From NCBI GenBank assembly GCA_014376785.1, contig JACMQW010000064.1:14966-78965 (forward strand): DNA of 64,000 bases. Reading direction: 5' to 3'. Below the pieces are notes generated by a model, which did no database searches, had not been told where the DNA came from, and saw nothing but the letters and a program-made list of their open reading frames with translations. The first letter of the stretch is position 1; each line of letters begins with the position of its first letter. The translations under genes were made by a program, and so were the position numbers. The DNA is from Oligoflexia bacterium (GTDB taxonomy: Bacteria > Bdellovibrionota > UBA1018). Of the stretch, positions 42,326 through 54,200 are shown piece after piece.

Positions 42326-43921
42326 ATGCCCCCCGCAGCTCCACTCACCACCGCTTTGGCAGACCGTCAGTTGAATAAACTGAATACTCTGTCCATTGGG
42401 CTTCAGGGGTTATTGACCGCAGAGTCTTTCCAAGACTCTTTGATTCAATTGATGGAGCGAGAAATTCCGGAATTTGGCATCCAATTCTGGAGCGCTCCGT
42501 CCGTCACCCGACGTGAGGGCGGAACCTCAGAGGACCAGACTCCTCTTTCTCCGCGAGACGCTGTCCTTGCTTACGTTTTCCAAAAACGAACCGCTCTCTA
42601 TTTAGAAAGCATTCCATCTGAAGTTCGCGATGCGAGCCCGCTCCTTTCTCCGGGAGCGAAATCCGTTCATGCGATTCCTGTCCAATCCGAAAAGGAATTT
42701 TTAGGAATACTCGTCGTAGAAGCCACTGAATCCCTTGAATTTACGGAGGGAGACGAAGTTTTTTTCGGTCTCCTCGCGCAGCAAATTCACTCCGTCTTAA
42801 AAAATCGATTGGTTTTTAACGAAGCAAAAGCTTTCGCAATCGACTTACAAAGTGTCGTTCAAGAAAAGTCCATCGAATTAAGGCGCGCCCACGAGCACAT
42901 CGTTGATCAGCAAAAAGACCTTCAAAAAGAAAATAAAGCGCTGAAAACACTCATCGAAGCTGAAAACCGGGGACAAGATTTTATCGGCGAAAGCCCTGCC
43001 ACAAAAGAAGTCCTTTCCATGGTGGATAAAGTCGCGCCCACCTTGGCAACCGTGCTGATCCTGGGTGAAAGCGGCACCGGAAAAGAATTGATTGCGAAGC
43101 GAATTCATCAGCGCAGCTCGCGAGCAAAGTCGCCTTACGTCACTGTAAACTGCGCCGCGCTTCAAGAATCACTTCTGGAAAGTGAGCTTTTTGGGCACGA
43201 AAAAGGATCTTTCACTGGGGCAGTCCAGACTAAGATCGGACTTTGCGAAGTGGCGGACGGCGGGACCCTATTTTTGGATGAGATTGGCGAGATGACTCCC
43301 CAGATTCAGACGAAAATGCTGCGCTTCCTGCAAGAAGGCGAATTTTACCGGGTCGGTGGAAAAAAGCCGATTCGCGTGAATGTGCGGATCGTGAGCGCGA
43401 CTAATCGCGATCTTGCGGAAGAAGTGAAGTCCGGTCGCTTTCGCGAAGACCTTTATTACCGATTGAATACCATTGCTCTGAAAGTTCCCCCCCTGCGTTC
43501 ACGTAAAGAAGACATCGCTTCACTCTGCGACTATTTTATCAAGAACTCGAGATTTGGTGGAGCTTCCCACGTGAAACGCATCGACCCTCGCGTAATGACC
43601 GTTTTCGAAAACTACAGTTGGCCAGGAAACATCCGCGAACTTCAAAACACCATCGAGCGTTTAAAAATTCTTGCGGACGGTCCCGAAATTAAGCTCGAAG
43701 ACATTCCTCAGGGAATGAGAGCGCCCAAAGATTTTAAAAATACCGGTGATTCTGCCATCGGCACGCCCCTGGAAGAAGTTGAAAAAGGCCATATTTTGCG
43801 GACACTCGCCTACCACCAGGGCAACAAAACGAAAACTGCGGGCGTCCTCGGTATCACCATCAAGACTCTTTACAACAAACTTCATCGTTACGATTCTCCC
43901 GCCTCACCTTCTGACCCTTGA
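42326..43921 (+). CDS. GAF-domain sigma54-dependent enhancer-binding protein
   Basis: GAF-like N-terminus, [45 protein letters not shown], Fis-type HTH. Confidence 0.93.
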   Translation: MPPAAPLTTALADRQLNKLNTLSIGLQGLLTAESFQDSLIQLMEREIPEFGIQFWSAPSVTRREGGTSEDQTPLSPRDAVLAYVFQKRTALYLESIPSEVRDASPLLSPGAKSVHAIPVQSEKEFLGILVVEATESLEFTEGDEVFFGLLAQQIHSVLKNRLVFNEAKAFAIDLQSVVQEKSIELRRAHEHIVDQQKDLQKENKALKTLIEAENRGQDFIGESPATKEVLSMVDKVAPTLATVLILGESGTGKELIAKRIHQRSSRAKSPYVTVNCAALQESLLESELFGHEKGSFTGAVQTKIGLCEVADGGTLFLDEIGEMTPQIQTKMLRFLQEGEFYRVGGKKPIRVNVRIVSATNRDLAEEVKSGRFREDLYYRLNTIALKVPPLRSRKEDIASLCDYFIKNSRFGGASHVKRIDPRVMTVFENYSWPGNIRELQNTIERLKILADGPEIKLEDIPQGMRAPKDFKNTGDSAIGTPLEEVEKGHILRTLAYHQGNKTKTAGVLGITIKTLYNKLHRYDSPASPSDP

Positions 43922-43981
43922 TCTGACCCTTGAAAACGGTTCTTCTTTTTAATAGCTGACCCCCAACCCCTAGGAGCCTGC

Positions 43982-44407
43982 ATGTCGACAAAAGCCAAAA
44001 AAACCGCCGCACCGAAAGCAAAAACTGCCGAAAAAACCGCGAAAAGCACCGCTCCTTTAAAAGCTGGAAAGTCTGCCAAGAGCTCCAAAGAAGAACCAAT
44101 GGAAGACGAAATCGCGATTAACGCAGCAGCGGTAGCCTCTGCTGAAGAAGAAGCGGAAGAAGAGGAAGCGGTCGCTTCTTCAAATAGTTCTTCCGGTGGA
44201 AACGCTGCAGCTCTTGCCGCAGCAACCAGCTCAACTGAGATGTCTGCATCTTTCAAAAATTTCCGCCATCATCCCGACATGGAAAATTTTTACCGCTTTA
44301 TCTACGAGAACGATCTGCGGCTGGAAGCTTTGGCAATCATTGATGAGATGATGGTTGAACGGATGAATCGAAAAGCCATCAAAATGGCGAAAGCAAGTGC
44401 GCACTGA
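43982..44407 (+). CDS. Hypothetical protein with Lys-rich N-terminus, acidic linker and compact C-terminal domain
   Basis: AGGAG RBS; C-terminal FKNFRHHPDMENFYRFIYENDLRLEA. Confidence 0.8.
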   Translation: MSTKAKKTAAPKAKTAEKTAKSTAPLKAGKSAKSSKEEPMEDEIAINAAAVASAEEEAEEEEAVASSNSSSGGNAAALAAATSSTEMSASFKNFRHHPDMENFYRFIYENDLRLEALAIIDEMMVERMNRKAIKMAKASAH

Positions 44408-44451
44408 TTCGCAGCCTTTGTTCCGATAGAAGATAGCCGACCAAAAAAGAC

Positions 44452-44501
44452 AAAAAGAGAGAGGAATTCTGGCCATTGATCGGAATTCCTCTCTCTTTTT
44501 T
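44452..44501. terminator. Strong intrinsic terminator (18-bp perfect inverted repeat)
   Basis: AAAAAGAGAGAGGAATTC...GAATTCCTCTCTCTTTTT. Confidence 0.8.
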
Positions 44502-44571
44502 GCATGAGCGGGAGTCGGTTAGATTGCAGCTTGGTCCCACTCACTCCCACCGCGGTCCTAAAATAATTTTT

Positions 44572-44835
44572 AGCTGTGTTTCATCAGCCCCTAAGCCACA
44601 GGAGTTACCGTTGTCTGATGGGTGATTCGGATACAAAGTTACTTGCAGCTCCGATGACTTGGACCCTGCTGGTTTGGTCTGCTTGCGGTGCGTTCGGATT
44701 ACTGAATGCACCTTCACCCTTCATACGTAGCCAGGTCGCTATCCCTTCGGTGATGGCGGGCGCGACAACACCCGCGCTGAGTCGACACTCCCGAGGCACA
44801 CGTATGAAGCGGTCGACACCCCGCTTCACTTTTGA
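44572..44835 (+). ncRNA. Candidate structured non-coding RNA, family not recognised
   Basis: Nested stems with G-U pairs, a cUUCGg loop and a terminal hairpin plus T-rich tract; no convincing ORF; ends approximate. Confidence 0.55.
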
Positions 44836-44989
44836 TTTTAAAAAATTTTTCTACGGTCCCCTTTTCCCGAACAATCCCCCCATTCAGAAAGGCTCTCGGG
44901 TCACCTAAATGCAATCTCCTCTCAATTCTCCTGCACCAGAACAAATCGAGCCTTGGCGTAAGGGTGTGATTTTAGATAGCATGACCGCC

Positions 44990-45670
44990 ATGCGCGTACT
45001 TGTGGTCGAAGACCAACGAAAGATGGGAAAGTTTATCCAGCAGGGTTTAACGGAAGCTGGGTACTCCGTTGATCTCGCTGAAACGGGGCAGGGCGGCGAA
45101 ATGCTAGCCTCTGAAAATGAATATGACTTAGTCATTCTCGATGTGATGCTGCCGGATCAGAACGGGCTGGATACCGCACGGCACCTCAGAAACGACGGCT
45201 TTGAAAAGCCCATTCTGATGCTCACTGCCCTTTCCGGCACAAAAGATAAAGTGGCCGGCCTCGACTCCGGGGCGGACGATTACCTCACGAAGCCTTTTGA
45301 ATTTGACGAACTCTTAGCGCGCGTACGCGCACTACTCCGTCGTCAAACAAGCGGTGGCGTGGGATCTGTGCTTCGTTTTGAAGACATTGAAATGGATCTA
45401 GTGAAACGAAAATCACGCCGAGGCGAAACTGAGCTGACGTTGACTCAGAAGGAATTTTCACTCCTAGAATATTTCTTACGAAATCCCGATCGGCCACTCA
45501 CACGGACTGCGATTGCCGAACACGTCTGGGACGCAAGATTCGACAGTGATTCAAATGTGATCGATGTTTACATTAACATGCTTCGCAAAAAAGTCGATCA
45601 ACCCTTCCCGGTGAAGCTCATCCACACAGTGGTCGGCGTGGGTTATGTTCTGAAGCGGCAAGATCATTAA
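44990..45670 (+). CDS. OmpR-family response regulator (CusR/CzcR-like)
   Basis: LVVED, LDVMLP, LTA, DDYLTKPF, NVIDVYI..LRKK, TVVGVGY. Confidence 0.92.
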   Translation: MRVLVVEDQRKMGKFIQQGLTEAGYSVDLAETGQGGEMLASENEYDLVILDVMLPDQNGLDTARHLRNDGFEKPILMLTALSGTKDKVAGLDSGADDYLTKPFEFDELLARVRALLRRQTSGGVGSVLRFEDIEMDLVKRKSRRGETELTLTQKEFSLLEYFLRNPDRPLTRTAIAEHVWDARFDSDSNVIDVYINMLRKKVDQPFPVKLIHTVVGVGYVLKRQDH

Positions 45671-45719
45671 CCCTTTTCGTTTTTTTCGACAGCTTGGCTT
45701 TCGCGCCCAGCTCGTTTCC

Positions 45720-47132
45720 ATGCTTTTGATGGTTTTGGGAACGACACTGGTCGTGTATTCCGTCGTCCTTTATCGAAACTTCGTGAAAATTCACGAGTCG
45801 GAATTCGATACTGCTCTCTATAATTACACCGTAGACATTGCGAAATCTTTGAATGTGAACCTTTTCGGAGAGGTGTTTCTTTCCGATGATGTCCGTCACG
45901 CTGACGAAAAAATCTTCCCCTTCGCGCTTGAAAGGACCCTCATCCAACTCCGAACGACTCGGGGCGCAGTGATCGCTAAGTCGAGAGATTTAGGCGAAGC
46001 GGTGCTCCCCATCACCGATACCGGGCTTGACCAAATCATTCGGCAGCGCACTTCGTTCATGACCGAAGACCTTCAGATCCGAGAGGCAAAACCCACTCGA
46101 TATCGCATTGCAAATCTCTTCATCGATCAACCAGGCGATAGAGACTATGTTCTGCAAGTCGCTTCCCCGATGATCTTGCTTGAACGTGAACGGCGCGGCC
46201 TCCTTGCGTTCTTTCTCCTCTCCATTCCGGCAACCCTCGGCATCGCGGGGGTTCTCTCCTACACGCTCTCTGGCCAAGCCACTAAACCCATCAACGACAT
46301 CATCAATAAAGCCAAGGCCATCACGGCGCGAAAAATCAACGAGCGGCTGCCCGTGCCGAAAGTGAAAGACGAAATTTATCAACTCGCTACAACATTAAAC
46401 GGTCTTCTGGAACGCCTTCAAAAAGCGTTTATGTCCCAGGAAGCGTTCGTCGCAGATGCCTCGCACCAACTCAAAACACCTTTGGCTATCTTACGCGGCG
46501 AGATCGATATGGCGATGAAAGAAAATCGCACGGGGGAGGAGCAGCGCGCGTTCCTGGAAAGCGCCTCGCAAGAAATTCGCTACCTTTCACGGATGGTCGA
46601 ACAACTCCTCATCATTGCCAGGCTCGAGTCTGGGCACTCGGGAATCATGGAACGGCACCCCACTCGACTCGATGAACTTGCCATCGAAGTCATTTCTCGA
46701 ATGGAAAAACATGCTTCCATTGCCTCAAAGAAAACGAAATTAGCCTTTCGCTTTGAGGGTGATGACGACCACGCAGATTACACGATGCTCGGAGATTTTG
46801 ATTTGCTTCGAACCCTCATGGAGTCCCTGATTGATAACGCGTTAAAATACACGCGTCCGGACACCACCGTGGCGGTAGAAGTTCGCGACCATGGAAAAAA
46901 CATTGAGTTTCGTGTCACCGACCAAGGCGAGGGCCTAGGTGAGGAAGAGAAAGAAAGAATTTTCGGCCGGTTTTGGCGCTCCCCTAAAGTCGAGAATTCC
47001 CCGGTGAAGGGCTCTGGCTTAGGATTGTCGATCGTGAAAAAAATCGCGGATGCTCACCATGCAAGCCTCGAGGTGAATTCGACGCCAGGGGTCGGAAGTC
47101 AGTTCTCGGTTATTTTTCCAAAAGAATCGTAG
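45720..47132 (+). CDS. HAMP sensor histidine kinase (CusS/CzcS-like)
   Basis: Two TM segments, HAMP, FVADASHQLKTPL, NALKY, DQGEG, GSGLGL; start may lie upstream. Confidence 0.9.
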   Translation: MLLMVLGTTLVVYSVVLYRNFVKIHESEFDTALYNYTVDIAKSLNVNLFGEVFLSDDVRHADEKIFPFALERTLIQLRTTRGAVIAKSRDLGEAVLPITDTGLDQIIRQRTSFMTEDLQIREAKPTRYRIANLFIDQPGDRDYVLQVASPMILLERERRGLLAFFLLSIPATLGIAGVLSYTLSGQATKPINDIINKAKAITARKINERLPVPKVKDEIYQLATTLNGLLERLQKAFMSQEAFVADASHQLKTPLAILRGEIDMAMKENRTGEEQRAFLESASQEIRYLSRMVEQLLIIARLESGHSGIMERHPTRLDELAIEVISRMEKHASIASKKTKLAFRFEGDDDHADYTMLGDFDLLRTLMESLIDNALKYTRPDTTVAVEVRDHGKNIEFRVTDQGEGLGEEEKERIFGRFWRSPKVENSPVKGSGLGLSIVKKIADAHHASLEVNSTPGVGSQFSVIFPKES

Positions 47133-47188
47133 AGAAGCACTGTCCGCAACTCGTATCTCACCGACTTTTCAGCTAGACTGGGCCGGTC

Positions 47189-48354
47189 ATGATGAAAAAC
47201 TACTTGCTCGCACCTGGCCCTACTCCCGTTCCTGAACGCGTTGCCGCTATCCTGGGGATGCCCATTCCTCACCACCGAACGCCTGGATTCGAAAAAGTAT
47301 TCAGTGAAGTGCGAGCAGGCCTGAAGTGGGTCTTCCAGACCGAGCAGGAAGTGATCATGCTCACCTGCACAGGAACCGGAGCGATGGAGGCGGCTGTCTC
47401 TAACCTTTTTAAACGTGGCCAAAAAGTCATCACCGTGAACACCGGAAAATTCGGAGAACGCTGGACGAAAGTCGCGCAAAGCTATGAACTTGCAGTCTTG
47501 GAGATTAAGCTCCCTCCCGGCCTTCCATTCGATCCGGCTATTTTAGAAGAAGTCTGTGCAGCGAATCCCGATGCGGAGGCTATCTTGTTTCAGGCTTCGG
47601 AAACTTCCACTGGATCTCGCATGCCGGTGAGCGACATCGTCGGCTTAGCAAAAAAATATAAAATGCTCTCGGTTTGCGACGCGATTACTGCACTCGGAGT
47701 ATTCGACCTTCCCATGGACGCTTGGGGAATCGACGTACTCATTACAGGTTCACAAAAAGCGATGATGATCCCACCCGGACTCGCATTCATCGCGCTGTCG
47801 GAAACCGCCTGGAAAAAAACAGCCGAGTCCGATCTGCCGAAGTTCTACTTCAACCTCGCAAAAGAGAAAAAAGCGCACCTGACGAATCAAACGGCTTGGA
47901 CTCCGGCTATTTCCCTCATCATGGGTCTCCACGAATCCCTTAAGATGATGAAGGAAGAGGGACTTGAGAAACTTTTCAAACGCCACGAACTCCTAGCGCT
48001 CGCCACTCGCAATGCAGTAAAAGCCCTCGGGCTCGACGTGTTATCTGCAAAATCGCCTTCTCCCGCAGTCACCGCAGTATTGGTCCCTCCTTCGGTGAAA
48101 GAGGGGAAAAAAATTCCAAAACTAATGCGGGATAAATACGGAGTAACGATCGCGGGTGGGCAGGACGAACTGGAAGGGAAAATTTTCCGCCTCTCTCATT
48201 TCGGTTATTGTTCTTATTTCGACATTACGACCGGGATTTCATGCCTTGAATTGGTGCTGGCTGAACTCGGACATCCGGTAAACTTCGGTGCCGGAGTGGG
48301 GGCGGTCCTAAAAACTTTCGCCGACGACGAAATAAAGTCGGGAGGATTGAAAAT

Positions 48355-48358
<4 letters not shown>
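47189..48358 (+). CDS. Class V PLP aminotransferase (Ala/Ser-glyoxylate type; likely phosphoserine aminotransferase role)
   Basis: PGPTP, HHR, GTGAMEAA, ETSTG, GSQKA PLP lysine; overlaps the serA start. Confidence 0.9.
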
Positions 48359-50665
<2,307 letters not shown>

Positions 50666-50772
50666 TCGAAGCCTAGGAGCGCAATGCGGCGTAAATAAAA
50701 ACGCCCTTTATGAAATTGATCATTGCAGACAGTCGAGGGGTTAGATAAAGACTGGTTCGTCCCTCAGTCGGT

Positions 50773-50848
50773 GAGTCGTTAGCTCAGCTGGTAGAGCATC
50801 ACACTTTTAATGTGAGGGTCGATGGTTCGAACCCATCACGACTCACCA
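50773..50848 (+). tRNA. tRNA-Lys(TTT)
   Basis: GAGTCGTTAGCTCAGCTGGTAGAGC...TCACA-CT-TTT-AA-TGTGA...GGTTCGAACCC...CGACTC-A-CCA. Confidence 0.97.
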
Positions 50849-50878
50849 TTTTTTCCAGACTGACCCAGAACTTCTCTT

Positions 50879-52246
50879 TCAGAGCTTTAACGCCACTAAG
50901 TGACCGAGAAGTTTTTTAAAATTACCGGACACGTATTCAGACTTCTTCTCTTCAATAAACCGCTCCAGAACGAACGGACGCGTTTGATCGAAGAGAGCGC
51001 TGACGAGATCGTGAGCCACAATAAAGACAACACCCAGAGGGCTGATGTGCTGGTAAGCCAAACCTCGGGGGAAACCGCTCCCATTCGGACGCTCGTGGTG
51101 CTGCAGAATAATGGTGTCGATGTCGGGTGGAACTTCCTGGAGCTGTTTTGCAAGCTCGGAAGTTTTCACCGGGTGGGTTTTGTACTGCTTTAATTCTTCT
51201 TCCGTAAACTCTGCTTTTCGGTTTGCGAGCTCAGTCAGGTTATCGACTTTCGCCAGCGCTTGATTGGTAAAAACCGTATCGTGCATGAATGCCGCTAGGG
51301 TTAATTTCTGTAATGTCGGTTCAGATTTCCAGTCCATGGCGATGGCCAGGGTGCATGCAATCTGAGGCAGAAGGACGCTATGGGAAGAAATGTATTTATC
51401 GCGGTCGATTTCTAACTTTCCGAGAATATCGGAGAGTTTCGGGCTTTTTCCCATCGCTTTAATGGTGAGCGAAACATTCGCCTTGATGACTTCTTGGATT
51501 TCCGCGGTCATGCCTAATTTATTCAAGAGTTCCGAAGTGGTTTCATGGATTGCTTCGAGAAGTTCCGGATAGACGTTTTCAGGGAGAGTTTCGGCCTGAA
51601 CCAAAACCAACAGGTCATTTTTGAACTTATTCAAAAACTCAGAACATTCATCCTTGCGAAGAAAGAGGTGCTCTAAGCTTTTTTCATTCAAAATACGTTG
51701 ATAGTCGTTTGATTCGAATTGGTCGCCTTCGCGAAACATTTTTACATACTTGGTCGGCGAAAGGCGAATGTAGACTCCGGCCTGAAGGAGTCCGACTCGG
51801 ATGAGTAAAGTCGTCTTGATTCGGCAGGTATCATCATCGGTGAGCTGCTTATCTGAGTCTGGAGTCGTGCGAGAATTCACGTCGGTAAAATGCGGGAACA
51901 GAAGATTTAACGTCGAGTCGATGAGTTTCGCCGTCGAAGCGAACCCGAGAATGTTCATCTTCTGCAGGACCGGATCATCCTCCGGCTTTTTCGCAGCACA
52001 AACGATGGTTCGAATTTGATCCTTGTCTTCTCGAGTGCGGTTTAAGGAAATAATGTGCCGGAAAAGCACGTCGCTAATTCCTGGATACTCACAAATCACG
52101 ATTCGGATCGCTCCATGGTCAGCGAGCGATTGAATGGCCGCTTTCGCCGTACCCGCTTCAAAGGGCTTCACTCCAGTCCGGCTCTCCACAGAAAAACCAA
52201 GCATTTCCCTAATTTCAGTGTGGTGCAGAGCAAGAAGAATTTGCAT
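50879..52246 (-). CDS. HD-GYP-family protein with degenerate receiver-like N-terminus
   Basis: HSV, AAFMHD, HP, HHERPNGSGFPRG; start placed at MQILLAL. Confidence 0.85.
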   Translation of the reverse strand: MQILLALHHTEIREMLGFSVESRTGVKPFEAGTAKAAIQSLADHGAIRIVICEYPGISDVLFRHIISLNRTREDKDQIRTIVCAAKKPEDDPVLQKMNILGFASTAKLIDSTLNLLFPHFTDVNSRTTPDSDKQLTDDDTCRIKTTLLIRVGLLQAGVYIRLSPTKYVKMFREGDQFESNDYQRILNEKSLEHLFLRKDECSEFLNKFKNDLLVLVQAETLPENVYPELLEAIHETTSELLNKLGMTAEIQEVIKANVSLTIKAMGKSPKLSDILGKLEIDRDKYISSHSVLLPQIACTLAIAMDWKSEPTLQKLTLAAFMHDTVFTNQALAKVDNLTELANRKAEFTEEELKQYKTHPVKTSELAKQLQEVPPDIDTIILQHHERPNGSGFPRGLAYQHISPLGVVFIVAHDLVSALFDQTRPFVLERFIEEKKSEYVSGNFKKLLGHLVALKL

Positions 52247-52400
52247 GAGGTGCTTACAGGGTAGCAAAGGGCGTTGAGGTAGCAATGACGGTGTTTTGGC
52301 AGGAAAGTCTCGGAAATTGACTCGACGCTCTTTCATAATCCGGCGAGGAAGGATAATACTGAGTTTCACCCTTTAGTCCCCCACCCGAAGCGAGAAAATC

Positions 52401-53411
52401 ATGGAATTCACATACGTCCAGACGCCCGACCTCCACATCGAACGCCGTAAAGAAATGATGAAAAAATATCCAGCCGAACTTCGTGCCTTGATGGGAAACC
52501 ATCCGATGAGCGCCTTCTGGATCCTTCTCTGTGTCGGAGTCCAATTCACGGCTGCGTATTTTCTGAAGGATTCGAGCCTATGGCTTGTCCTTTTGGCTGC
52601 CTGGGTTTTTGGCGCCTGGTTCAATCATGCGCTTTACGTTTTTATCCACGACTCCACCCACAACCTCGTTTTCAAGAGCGAATTCGCGAACCGGGTGATG
52701 GGAATGGTTTGCGACTTCTCACTCGTTACCCCGAGCGCAATGGCATTTCGCAAGTACCACCTCATGCACCATGCGCGCATGGGACAGTTCGAATACGACG
52801 CCGACCTCGTCACCGAACGCGAAGCAAAATTGATCGGTAATAATCCTCTTAAGAAGACGCTTTGGGTTCTGTTTCTAGGTATTTCCCAAGCAATGCGTCC
52901 GATGCGGATGGCTGCCCGGGGCTTCTGGGATCGCTGGATCGTGGCGAATTCTCTGCTCCAAGTCGCCGTGATGGTAGCGGCGTTCTATTTCATCGGTCCC
53001 CTGGCCGTGCTGTACCTCTTTGCCTCCAGCATTTTTGGTTTGGGATTACATCCACTGGGCGCTCGCTGGATCGCTGAACACTTTCTGACCGACCCAAAGC
53101 AGGAAACTTATTCTTACTACGGTCCGATGAACCTTCTCATGTTCAACGTCGGCTACCACATGGAACACCACGATCTGATGACGATTCCATGGAATCGCCT
53201 GCCCCGTATCCGGGAAGTTGCGCCAGAATTTTACCGTGACTTAAAGTTTTATCAGTCCTACCCGAAACTTCTGATTCAGTTTATCACCGACCCTAAACTG
53301 AGCCTTTACAGCCGCATTTTGCGGAAGAATTCACGCGAAACGGAAGAAACGGTTGGATCGATGACTTCTGCATCTCAGAGCGCAACGAACCCTGTAAGCC
53401 TCGCTCACTAA
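52401..53411 (+). CDS. Sphingolipid delta-4 desaturase/C4-hydroxylase-like enzyme (DES1/DEGS family)
   Basis: N-terminal H..RRKE..KKYP, His boxes HDSTH, HLMHH, HMEHH, and QETYSYYGP.N...FNVGYH. Confidence 0.88.
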   Translation: MEFTYVQTPDLHIERRKEMMKKYPAELRALMGNHPMSAFWILLCVGVQFTAAYFLKDSSLWLVLLAAWVFGAWFNHALYVFIHDSTHNLVFKSEFANRVMGMVCDFSLVTPSAMAFRKYHLMHHARMGQFEYDADLVTEREAKLIGNNPLKKTLWVLFLGISQAMRPMRMAARGFWDRWIVANSLLQVAVMVAAFYFIGPLAVLYLFASSIFGLGLHPLGARWIAEHFLTDPKQETYSYYGPMNLLMFNVGYHMEHHDLMTIPWNRLPRIREVAPEFYRDLKFYQSYPKLLIQFITDPKLSLYSRILRKNSRETEETVGSMTSASQSATNPVSLAH

Positions 53412-53433
53412 AAGTCATTTCATTCTAAAACAG

Positions 53434-53482
53434 AAAGAGGGATTCATCGGCGCCGAATTGGCCACGATGGGTCCCTTTTTTT
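53434..53482. terminator. Terminator between the convergent desaturase and pdxH genes
   Basis: AGGGATTCATCG...CGATGGGTCCCT stem with T-tract. Confidence 0.65.
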
Positions 53483-53516
53483 ATTGGACTCTTCAAGCAA
53501 CGGACTTTTAGGAATT

Positions 53517-54110
53517 TTAGGGCCAAAGCCTGCCGATTTTCCATTTCCCCGCCTCGCGCTGATAAGTGAAACGTTCATGGAGACGATTCACCCGATCTTC
53601 CCAAAATTCAAAATATTCGGCCTTCAGTGCAAATCCACCCCAGCGCTCAGGACGCGGAATGGGCTGGCCCTCAAATGAACGTGTGAGTTCAGCCACCCGA
53701 GTTTCCATGGCTTCGTAAGAGTCGAGTGGGTGGCTCTGCTCGGATGCGACGGCGCCGATTTGGCTGCCTCGACCGCGCGAATTCCAGTAGGCACCGGAAT
53801 CTTCAGCAGAAAGCTTTTCGATTGCTCCCTCCACTCGTATTTGACGACCTAAATGCGGCCAGTAGAAAAGAAGCTGAGCACGAGGATTTTCGATGAGCTC
53901 TCCCGCTTTACGGCTTTCATAATTCGTAAAAAATCGAAAATCTTGGTTAAAGACGACCCCTTTCAGCAGCACCATTCTACCGGACGGGCGTGCATCTTTC
54001 GTCGCAGTGATGAGAACCATGGAATCATGCTGGGGAAGCCCTGCCGCTTTCGCTTGATCAAAACAAGATGAGAAAAAATCGTATGGGTTCTGAAAGGGTA
54101 CCGAAGTCAT
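53517..54110 (-). CDS. pdxH: Pyridoxamine 5'-phosphate oxidase
   Basis: PSGRMVLLK, FFTNYESRK, RQIRVEG, SQIGA.AS.QS, EFW....RLHER, RLWP. Confidence 0.95.
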   Translation of the reverse strand: MTSVPFQNPYDFFSSCFDQAKAAGLPQHDSMVLITATKDARPSGRMVLLKGVVFNQDFRFFTNYESRKAGELIENPRAQLLFYWPHLGRQIRVEGAIEKLSAEDSGAYWNSRGRGSQIGAVASEQSHPLDSYEAMETRVAELTRSFEGQPIPRPERWGGFALKAEYFEFWEDRVNRLHERFTYQREAGKWKIGRLWP

Positions 54111-54200
54111 AGAAAGTCTCCTGAATTCAAATCATTCTCAAGTAGCCAGCGACCGCGATCTTCCCTTAAGATCGAGTCGAACTCCAGGAGACTTCGACCC

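Noticed and set aside
44580-44615. c-di-GMP-I riboswitch (CCTAA...GTTACCG)
   Set aside because: The upstream GGCAAA...GNRA...GACGCAAA half is absent
44730-44760. Glycine riboswitch (minus-strand CACCGAAGG)
   Set aside because: No matching GGAGAG or CTCTCAGG elements
44576-44944. Short ORFs overlapping the structured region
   Set aside because: No clear RBS, no recognisable protein features, and three mutually overlapping frames; the RNA structure explains the region better
54110-54200. yybP-ykoY (Mn) riboswitch upstream of the TerC gene
   Set aside because: Only AAGTAGC resembles the motif; the AGTCTCCTG/CAGGAGACT inverted repeat is explained by the two divergent ribosome-binding sites
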